A stretch of DNA of 50,234 bases from Coleofasciculus sp. B1-GNL1-01. GTDB lineage: Bacteria; Cyanobacteriota; Cyanobacteriia; Cyanobacteriales; Coleofasciculaceae. The notes below the pieces were generated by a model that was not told where the DNA came from, did not search any database, and saw only the letters and a list, made by a program, of their open reading frames with translations. The stretch is from NCBI GenBank assembly GCA_040220235.1, contig JAVJTO010000105.1; one strand, given 5' to 3'. A program made the position numbers and the translations under genes. Below, piece after piece: positions 1-7,400 of the stretch; position 1 is the first letter of the stretch; every line of letters begins with the position of its first letter.

Positions 1-633
1 TCATGTCGTCACATCTTTACCTCCTTCTCAAATTACGCCTTCTCAACTTTATACTAAACAATATTGTCCGAGAGGAGAAATGGAAAATCGGATTAAAGAA
101 CAGCAATTAGACTTATTTGCTGACCGAACTTCTACCCAAACCTTTCAAAGTAATCAACTTCGACTCTGGCTATCTTCAATGGCGTATGTTTTAATGCAAG
201 CCTTTCGTTATCACGGTTTGAAGAAAACTTCTTTGTCCAAAGCAACTGTCGGAACAATTCGCCTCAATTTCCTTAAGTTAGGAGCGAGAATTACGGTTAG
301 TGTGAGAAGAATTGTTATTGCCATATCCAGTTCTTGTCCTTATCAAGAGATTTTAGCTATTGCTCATTCCAGAATTCAAGCTATTCCCAATACTTCTTAA
401 TTTTTCGGCTTCCATAAAAACTCAATGATTTTTGAGGTAACTGAATCTTATTTCAGTCTGTTTTGTCGTGGCAACTTGGCGTGATCAACTAAATTTTAGT
501 GAAAAAAACAGGTTAGAATTGGCAATTTCAGGATAATTTTGTTTGATAAATTGGATTTTTTATATTCTTCTTTAAAAATCTCAACTTTTAAGCGGCAAAT
601 TAACTTATAGAATTAGTTTGTGAGAAATGCGGG
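1..633 (+). mobile_element. Right part of an IS1380-family insertion sequence
   Basis: Transposase 3' end is followed by an AT-rich tail ending in GTGAGAAATGCGGG (620-633), which resembles IS1380-type terminal repeats. The left end is not in the window. Confidence 0.7.
2..400 (+). CDS. IS1380-family transposase, C-terminal part (5' end outside the window)
   Basis: Frame is open from base 2 (HVVTSLP...YCPRGEMENRIKEQQLDLFADRTS...NQLRLW). The Y-x-x-RG-x-x-EN-x-IKE motif is characteristic of IS1380 DDE transposases. Confidence 0.9.
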   Translation, partial: HVVTSLPPSQITPSQLYTKQYCPRGEMENRIKEQQLDLFADRTSTQTFQSNQLRLWLSSMAYVLMQAFRYHGLKKTSLSKATVGTIRLNFLKLGARITVSVRRIVIAISSSCPYQEILAIAHSRIQAIPNTS

Positions 634-660
634 TTCTATAAGTAAAATAAACCTTAGCAA

Positions 661-722
661 AGGGCGACCCGATACAATTAAGTGGATACCGTTTTTAATT
701 GGTGCAAGCGGGTCGCCCCTAC
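661..722 (-). repeat. GTAG-type REP-like palindromic element (GGGCGACCCG...CGGGTCGCCC)
   Basis: 10-bp inverted arms with a CTAC end. A related copy in opposite orientation lies at 11979-12041. Confidence 0.85.
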
Positions 723-762
723 TGTTACGATTACAATTCAATGCCACAAAATTCATTAGCAT

Positions 763-2361
763 TCACAACACAGGGGGAAGTCCCACATCTCTAGGCTTGA
801 CAAATTTACCATTAAACCCTAACGCTTTTCCCTCAATTGTTCTGGCTTCGGCTAATTCTCGCCGCAGTTCGGCTTTTTCCATCCCATCCTCTGTCCCCGC
901 AATAATATAAATCAGTAATCGGGCGGCTAAATCTCGTCCCGATACCATGATCCGCTTTTTATTCGGGTCAAATAACACCCCATACCACAGGGATTGCGGC
1001 GTCTCCATCTGACTAAATCCCCCTTCGGCGTCGTACTTACTGAGTTTCTTAAATACCGTTTTTAGCGATAACTTTTTCTGAAATACCACAATTCCTAAGG
1101 CTTGGGTAAAGGCAATTTGCCCCACGGGACGGAAAAGGATATTACCCTCACCGCCATTTTTCTCAAAGCTGAAACGGCGTAACTGGGGGGTTTCTTCTCC
1201 TTGGTCTAACCGTTGATAACTGGGTAAGCTGGCTAAGTAATCAAAAAATTGATTAAAGGTGTCAATTCCCGCCTCTAATTCCTCATCATCGGGACGCATC
1301 GGGATTAACCCTTTCTTCTCCGGCGGTTTCCAGTGGGGGAATTGATGGTCTAGATACCGTTGAGACATTTCATTTAACGCCTGGAGGGTGGTTAAAACGG
1401 TGGATTTGGCGGCGACGGTGGCGCTATCCCAATTAACACGGGGGTTGCGTCCAGGGACTTCTTTTAATAAGGGATGATTGACGGCGATTTTGCGGGCGAC
1501 GATGGAAAAGCCGTCATTTTCATTTAATAGGGCGAGTTGTCCTTTACTTAAGCGTAATGCCATTAAGTTGACGTGGACGAAAATAGACCGGACGCGCCGT
1601 CTTGCTTCGTCGCGGGTTTCACCTTTGGCGATGGCGGGGATGAATTCGATACCGATTTTTTCCTGGGCGAGACTTTGCAGGTAGGCGGGCTTGAGTTGGT
1701 ATTCGTCGATTAGGTCATCTATGGTAATTACACTGCCGACGGGTTTCTTGTTTTTGTTGTAACGTTGCAGTCTCCCGGTTTTAAGTAACGTCATGAGTCC
1801 CTGAACACCCATGAGTCGGTGTTGACCATCGAGGGCGAAGATGGACACGGAGGGGGAGACATCCAGGAGTCCGACGGTTTGGTTTTGGTCGAGGGGAATG
1901 AAATCCGCCGCAGACTGGCGGGCGCGTCCTTGTTTATCCCATTCTTTGGCTTTGGGATTGTCTACCCAGGTGGGGCTGTGAACGACGAGAACGGCGGGGA
2001 ATTTGTGGGCTTGGCGGGCGGCGAGGTATTGGGTGAGGGGGGCTTGACGGGACCAGTCGAGGGGACGTTGCAGGATTTCATCGACGGTTTCTTCATCCCG
2101 GATGACGTTATCGGTTTGGGGGTCGAATTTTTGCCGGAATAGGGGGAGTTGGGAGGCGAAGCGGACGCGGCTATCTAACCATTCGAGGGTGACGGACCCG
2201 ATAAAGGCTTCGGTACTCCCCATCTGGGTTTTCTGGACAAGGAGGCGATCGCTTCTGGCTAAATGGCGATCCAATAGCAGGGCTAGCGCCTGTCGATCCT
2301 GGCTGTCTTGTTCCAGGATTTGGCTGGCGATGTCTGCTTTTGGCTTGTCGGGGCTACTCAT
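763..2361 (-). CDS. DGQHR-domain (DndB-like, ParB/Srx superfamily) protein
   Basis: Motifs ILQRPLDWSR, FPAVL, ALDGQHRL and IFVHVN. Divergent from the dnd cluster. Confidence 0.88.
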   Translation of the reverse strand: MSSPDKPKADIASQILEQDSQDRQALALLLDRHLARSDRLLVQKTQMGSTEAFIGSVTLEWLDSRVRFASQLPLFRQKFDPQTDNVIRDEETVDEILQRPLDWSRQAPLTQYLAARQAHKFPAVLVVHSPTWVDNPKAKEWDKQGRARQSAADFIPLDQNQTVGLLDVSPSVSIFALDGQHRLMGVQGLMTLLKTGRLQRYNKNKKPVGSVITIDDLIDEYQLKPAYLQSLAQEKIGIEFIPAIAKGETRDEARRRVRSIFVHVNLMALRLSKGQLALLNENDGFSIVARKIAVNHPLLKEVPGRNPRVNWDSATVAAKSTVLTTLQALNEMSQRYLDHQFPHWKPPEKKGLIPMRPDDEELEAGIDTFNQFFDYLASLPSYQRLDQGEETPQLRRFSFEKNGGEGNILFRPVGQIAFTQALGIVVFQKKLSLKTVFKKLSKYDAEGGFSQMETPQSLWYGVLFDPNKKRIMVSGRDLAARLLIYIIAGTEDGMEKAELRRELAEARTIEGKALGFNGKFVKPRDVGLPPVL

Positions 2362-2381
2362 CGGTTTTATAATATTTTAGT

Positions 2382-2453
2382 CTGTTTTTAAAAATAACTG
2401 TTTTAATATTTTTATGTCAAATTGGTTTTTAAAAACCAAAATTGTGCCATACT
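2382..2453. promoter_or_regulatory. Putative divergent promoter region with an 18-bp perfect palindrome
   Basis: TTGGTTTTTAAAAACCAA at 2422-2439. Extended -10 TGcCATACT at 2445-2453 on +. TTGACA at 2420-2415 on -. Confidence 0.5.
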
Positions 2454-2479
2454 AGGGATGTCACCTGTGAGGGCTTGTC

Positions 2480-2594
2480 GGGATGGGTTTAGCCAACAGC
2501 TACAGCCCTCACCCCCAGCCCCTCTCCCAAGCTTGGGAGAGGGGAGTAAGAGAGGATCTTTCTTTTCACCGATAACCTATCAACAAAATCCGCC
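2480..2594. repeat. Nested repeats: degenerate GGGTTTAG...CACCGATAAC...ACAAAATCCGCC element containing a CCCCTCTCCC...GGGAGAGGGG hairpin
   Basis: Outer arms match the units at 18869-19112. The inner hairpin resembles 49981-50023. Confidence 0.65.
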
Positions 2595-2619
2595 ATGAAC
2601 CAATATTTTAATAACTACA

Positions 2620-2811
2620 ATGAGTCATCCAGTAAAGGTTTTAGATCCGAATTCTATTGAGGCGTATCGGACACGAGTGCAATGTCTCGCAGGTGAGTTG
2701 AAAGCTGCCAAAAATCAGGTTGCGCGTGTGAATATTGCCTTAATGTTAGCGGATGCAGCAACAACATTAGCACGACTGGAACACGATGAATGGCAAAACC
2801 CAAATTCCTAA
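2620..2811 (+). CDS. Small helical hypothetical protein (63 aa) upstream of dndB
   Basis: ATG start after an AT-rich leader, amphipathic helical composition, same orientation as dndB. Confidence 0.6.
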   Translation: MSHPVKVLDPNSIEAYRTRVQCLAGELKAAKNQVARVNIALMLADAATTLARLEHDEWQNPNS

Positions 2812-2860
2812 TCGGTAAATCAATGTAAATCAACCCAACTTTATAACTAAACCTATAACC

Positions 2861-2940
2861 AAGGACAAAGGACAAAGGACAAAGGACAAAGGACGAATGA
2901 CCAAGGACAAAGGACAAAGGACGAATGACAAATGACCAAT
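2861..2940 (+). repeat. Heptamer tandem repeat (AAGGACA/AATGACA, STRR-like)
   Basis: About 11 units running into the dndB start codon. Confidence 0.9.
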
Positions 2941-4356
2941 CACCAAGGACTGATTCCTTCTTTTGAGTACGTTTTACCCGCAATCCGAGGGATTCAAGCG
3001 GGACGGGAATATTATGTGTCGATGTGTCCAGTGCGATTTATTCCTAAACTGTTTGCGAGGGAGGATGAGGAGAATCCGCCGGATCAGAGAGTGGCGCGAT
3101 CGCTTAATTCTAAACGAGTCCCAGATATTGCTAACTATATTCTGAATAATCCTGATAATTACACCGTTTCCGCGATTACCGCCGCGATTGACGCTGATAT
3201 TAATTTTGAACCGATTGGTACTGAGAAAGAAGGGCGAAAAATGGGACGCTTACGAGTTCCCATGGATGCGCGGTTTCAGATTACCGATGGACAACATCGC
3301 TGCGCGGCGTTTGAATGGGCGCTGAAGCAGAATCCGGCGTTGGGGTATGAGACAGTGGCGGTTATTTTAGTGTTGGATATTGGGTTGCGCTATTCCCAGC
3401 AGATGTTTTTGGATCTCAACCGTTATGGGGTTCATCCCGATGCTTCCCTGGCGATTCTCTATGATCATCGCCATCCCCCGGCGACGGTGGTCAAAGCAGT
3501 GATTAGAAATATTAATGTGTTCCGAAGCCTAACCGATCAGGAACATCAGACATTACCCGTGCGATCGGGGAAGCTATTTACGCTGCATACCCTCTATAAT
3601 GCTACGTCTATGCTATTGGCGGATTGGCAAACGGCTGAATTAGAACAGCAGATTGATTTGGCAATCCGGTATTGGCAAGCTGTGAGTTATTGTATTCCAG
3701 ATTGGGAGGCGGTGAGACAACGGACTGTAAGCGCCAGGGAGATGCGACAGGATTATGTTCATAGTCACGAGATCGCACTTTTGGGATTGGGGGCGGTAGG
3801 GTCAGTGTTACTCTCGGTTTATCCCCATAGCTGGGAGGAAAGGTTGCAGGAATTGCGATGGATTGGCTGGTCGCGTTCTAATCCCGATTGGGAGGGGCTG
3901 ATTATGGTCAAGGGTCAGATTTCGCGATCGCGAACCAGTATAGGGCGGATGGTGGCTTATTTGAAAGAATATTTGGGTTTACCGTTAACTTCACAGGAGG
4001 AAGAGTTAGAAAATTCTAGTGGTTTAGTCGGGAGGGAGAATAGTCGTCAACAAGACCAGCAAAAACAACGGTTCATTCGGCGGAATACAGACCAATTTAT
4101 CGTGATTCTCTCGGCTTGTGGGAATCCGGACTTTAGACAGACTGAGGATATTGGCGTCCCTACTCTAAAATTACCTGTTCATTCCCTTGAGGAAGCCTCT
4201 CAAATCTGTCAAGGATACATTCTGGAGTATGAGTTAGGCGGGGGGAACTGGACAGGTGGGCAAGTTTTGGATGCTAGAACCAATGAACAAGTTGCTTATA
4301 TCGCCTGTAGTGGCAAGATTTGGACGGAGTTAGAAGATTGGATGAGATTAAAATGA
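2932..4356 (+). CDS. dndB: DNA sulfur modification protein DndB with an extra C-terminal domain
   Basis: PAIRGIQAGREYYVSMCP, ITDGQHR, QQMFLDLN and LGLPLT..EE are DndB motifs. About 110 further residues follow the usual end. Confidence 0.9.
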   Translation: MTNHQGLIPSFEYVLPAIRGIQAGREYYVSMCPVRFIPKLFAREDEENPPDQRVARSLNSKRVPDIANYILNNPDNYTVSAITAAIDADINFEPIGTEKEGRKMGRLRVPMDARFQITDGQHRCAAFEWALKQNPALGYETVAVILVLDIGLRYSQQMFLDLNRYGVHPDASLAILYDHRHPPATVVKAVIRNINVFRSLTDQEHQTLPVRSGKLFTLHTLYNATSMLLADWQTAELEQQIDLAIRYWQAVSYCIPDWEAVRQRTVSAREMRQDYVHSHEIALLGLGAVGSVLLSVYPHSWEERLQELRWIGWSRSNPDWEGLIMVKGQISRSRTSIGRMVAYLKEYLGLPLTSQEEELENSSGLVGRENSRQQDQQKQRFIRRNTDQFIVILSACGNPDFRQTEDIGVPTLKLPVHSLEEASQICQGYILEYELGGGNWTGGQVLDARTNEQVAYIACSGKIWTELEDWMRLK

Positions 4357-4458
4357 TCACCACTATTTATATCCAGCTTAACTTAGTCCAGGTTAATTAA
4401 TTTTTAGCTACAGAATAAAAAGGTGATCACAGACAAATGATTGAGTCAGGAGGCACAG

Positions 4459-5448
4459 ATGAGTCAAGGACAGCAATCAGAAACTCGGCGAACGCTTGCT
4501 TTCTACTGCGATTGCTTCCCTAAAATCAATGTATATAAGAATAAACAACGAGGAGGCAAAGCCCTAAATCAACCTGTACTGTTGTTGTCTGTCATTGATT
4601 TAATTGCCCAAGGATTAATCCAGGATAATAAAATTTCAATTTCAGACGAATTAATTGACACATTTCAAAAATATTGGAATTTGCTGAACGCTGAAGCGTT
4701 TAAAAATAGTGATTTTGCTTTACCCTTCTTTCATTTAAAGAATAGCGAAGGTCGATTTTGGCATCTGCAATTTAGTGCTGCTTACGATGGAGGTCGTCCG
4801 CAAACAATCAACACGTTAAGACGTGATGTTGATTATGCCTATCTAGATGATCAACTTTTTGAGTTAATCCAAGACCAGAATCATCGACAAGAATTAGTTG
4901 ATGCCCTTGTCGCCGCTTGGTTTTCATCCCAAGGAAAAGCATTAGAGGAGATTCTCAAAATTAATCAAGCATTTCAAGATAGTAGTCAAGAAGAAGAGGA
5001 AGTTGAACAAAGCAGCAGTTCTACCCAATCGGAGAAACAACCAAGATTTTATTTAAGGAAGTCTCTATTTAGAGATGCTATTTTTCGGAAAACGGTAGTG
5101 CATATCTATGATTATAAATGTGCCTTCTGTAGACTCAAAATTACTCGTACCTTTACTCAAAATATAGTAGATGGCGCACATATTAAACCTTTTTCCGAGT
5201 TTTATGATAGTCAAATAGACAATGGATTATCACTCTGCAAGAATCATCATTGGGCATTTGACCATGGTTGGTTTTGCCTAGATGACAACTACAAAATCAT
5301 AATCGCTAGTGATTTGCAGGAGGAATCACCACACAGTAGACCGATGAAGGATTTTCATGGCGAAACTATATTATTGCCGAGTTCTGAAGAATACTTTCCC
5401 CGACTTGAGGCACTTCAATGGCATCGCCAAACTAAGTTTGTAACCTAA
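4459..5448 (+). CDS. SBD-HNH endonuclease (phosphorothioate-reader-type N-terminal domain plus HNH)
   Basis: N-terminal PVLLLSVIDLI...LPFFHL...FWHL. C-terminal CAFC...DGAHIKPF...NGLSLCKNHHWAFD. AGGAGG at 4448-4453 precedes ATG 4459. Confidence 0.85.
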   Translation: MSQGQQSETRRTLAFYCDCFPKINVYKNKQRGGKALNQPVLLLSVIDLIAQGLIQDNKISISDELIDTFQKYWNLLNAEAFKNSDFALPFFHLKNSEGRFWHLQFSAAYDGGRPQTINTLRRDVDYAYLDDQLFELIQDQNHRQELVDALVAAWFSSQGKALEEILKINQAFQDSSQEEEEVEQSSSSTQSEKQPRFYLRKSLFRDAIFRKTVVHIYDYKCAFCRLKITRTFTQNIVDGAHIKPFSEFYDSQIDNGLSLCKNHHWAFDHGWFCLDDNYKIIIASDLQEESPHSRPMKDFHGETILLPSSEEYFPRLEALQWHRQTKFVT

Positions 5449-5487
5449 TCAGTAATCAATAACAGTAGCATTAACGAGATTTCAGGT

Positions 5488-7107
5488 ATGACAGATAACC
5501 AACAGATGTCACTCTTCCCACCACGTACTGTGGCTGAGTTAGTGGAAGATATAGAACAACTCACTCAAGAAATACAAGAGTTATATTGCGAGGATAATAT
5601 ACCATTTGTTATTGGCTGGTCAGGTGGGAAAGATAGTACAGTTGTATTGCAGCTAGTCTGGAATGCGATCGCAGCCCTACCCCCAGAAAAACGCACGAAA
5701 ACAATTCATGTTATTACTAATGACACGCTAGTAGAAAACCCCATTGTTACGGCTTGGGTACGTAAATCTTTGGATCGAATGAAGATAGCTGCCCAAAAGC
5801 AAGGAATGCCGATCCAACCTCATCTCACGTATCCGGCTATTCAAGATACATTTTGGGTTTGTTTAATTGGCAAAGGCTATCCCGCCCCCAGAAATCGATT
5901 TAGATGGTGTACGGAACGCTTAAAAATTAAACCAGCTGACTCTTTCATCCGCGAAGTGATTAGAACGAACGGTGAGGTGATTCTGGTTTTGGGAACTCGC
6001 AAAGCTGAAAGTGTCAAACGGGCGGCAAATATGGCTAAACATAGAGAGTGGCGAGTGCGCGATCGCTTAAATACGAATCCCAGTCGCCCTAACTCTCTCA
6101 TTTACCTTCCCATTGAAGATTGGCGAACTGATGAAGTTTGGCTTTATTTGATGCAGTGGCAAAATCCCTGGGGTAATAATAACAAAGACTTATTCTCCAT
6201 GTATCGGGGGGCAACAGCCGATAATGAATGTCCCTTGGTTATTGATACCTCAACCCCTAGCTGTGGGGATTCCCGGTTTGGTTGTTGGGTTTGCACTATG
6301 GTTAATAAAGATAAGTCCATGGAGGCGATGATCCAAAATGATGAGGAGAAAGAGTGGATGCAGCCTCTGCTGGATATTCGCAATGATTTGGATATTAAAG
6401 ATGATCACGATAAGAGAGACTTCCGCCGTATTTACGGTAAAGTTGAACTCTTTGAACGCAATGTTGATGGTGAAATCTCCGTTAAACCGATTCATGGTCC
6501 CTATACGAAATACTGGCGGGAACATTGGTTAAGGCGCGTCTTAGAAGCCCAAACCCATGTCCGAAATACCGCGCCCCCAGAGATGCGTGATATTACTCTG
6601 ATTACTCCAGAGGAACTTAGTGAAATTCGCCGTATCTGGTTAGAAGAAAAACATGAATTTGACGATAGCTTACCCCGTATCTATGAAGATATAACAAGCG
6701 AACCCTTCCAAGATTCCCGCCCTAGCGCCGAACGCAAACTTTTGGGTAGTGATGAATGGACAGTCTTAGAAGAAATCTGTGACCAGGATGAAATGCACCT
6801 GGAACTTATGGCAAAACTTCTGGACACTGAACGCCAATATCATACTAAATCCCGACGGGGTATCTATGAAGCCCTAGAAAAATGTTTTAATAGTAGTTCT
6901 CGTTCTCGAGAAGACGCGATTGACCACGCCTACTATCAGCGACATCTGAAAAATACGGTTCAAGATATCAAACAGGATTTGTCAGATGTTCACGAATTGA
7001 GACAGGCTTGGGATAAGCCGAAGCAAGAGAAACCTAAACAGCTATCCTGGGCGAGTTTAAAATTCCCCGAACCCGATTCAGAGGATACTGAAGATGTAGA
7101 TGGATAG
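5488..7107 (+). CDS. dndC: DNA phosphorothioation sulfurtransferase DndC (PAPS-reductase family)
   Basis: SGGKDS PP-loop, DTLVENP, FRWCTERLKI, ECPLVID...SCGDSRFGCWVCT. Confidence 0.96.
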   Translation: MTDNQQMSLFPPRTVAELVEDIEQLTQEIQELYCEDNIPFVIGWSGGKDSTVVLQLVWNAIAALPPEKRTKTIHVITNDTLVENPIVTAWVRKSLDRMKIAAQKQGMPIQPHLTYPAIQDTFWVCLIGKGYPAPRNRFRWCTERLKIKPADSFIREVIRTNGEVILVLGTRKAESVKRAANMAKHREWRVRDRLNTNPSRPNSLIYLPIEDWRTDEVWLYLMQWQNPWGNNNKDLFSMYRGATADNECPLVIDTSTPSCGDSRFGCWVCTMVNKDKSMEAMIQNDEEKEWMQPLLDIRNDLDIKDDHDKRDFRRIYGKVELFERNVDGEISVKPIHGPYTKYWREHWLRRVLEAQTHVRNTAPPEMRDITLITPEELSEIRRIWLEEKHEFDDSLPRIYEDITSEPFQDSRPSAERKLLGSDEWTVLEEICDQDEMHLELMAKLLDTERQYHTKSRRGIYEALEKCFNSSSRSREDAIDHAYYQRHLKNTVQDIKQDLSDVHELRQAWDKPKQEKPKQLSWASLKFPEPDSEDTEDVDG

Positions 7108-7119
7108 ATAGCCAAAATA

Positions 7120-7220
7120 TTGTAGAGACGTTTCATACAATGTCTCTACAATCAACATTCACATTCTATTTTGTTCGTAGTAGGCACGAAGCGTGCTATA
7201 AGCGCTTAAGCGCTTACTAC
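7120..7220. repeat. Two REP-like hairpins (GTAGAGACG...GTCTCTAC; GTAGTAGGCAC...GCGCTTACTAC)
   Basis: Inverted repeats at 7120-7151 and 7177-7220. The first family recurs at 9450, 17539, 18831 and 44155. Confidence 0.8.
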
Positions 7221-7271
7221 AAACTTACTATAAAGTGACATTTCTATTCGGTTAAAGATTATTCCTGATTT

Positions 7272-7374
7272 TAAGCTGTCATGCATTTAAATTGGGTATT
7301 AGTAGCGAGCAAGATGCTCGCACTACAAGGATTGCGCCATTCTTGATATTAAGGTTTAAATGCCGAACAGCTTA
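7272..7374. mobile_element. MITE-like element, TIR TAAGCTGTnnnGCATTTAAA
   Basis: Terminal inverted repeats. Related copies at 25613-25708, 33519-33648 and a partial one at 45802. Confidence 0.75.
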
Positions 7375-7400
7375 TCCCCCGTCTAAATTAGCCCCTGACT

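Noticed and set aside
2654..2983. 109-aa minus-strand ORF, and similar ORFs at 31375, 31535, 41154, 44021, 46925 and 49766
   Set aside because: They are translations of tandem or palindromic repeats with no protein-like features.
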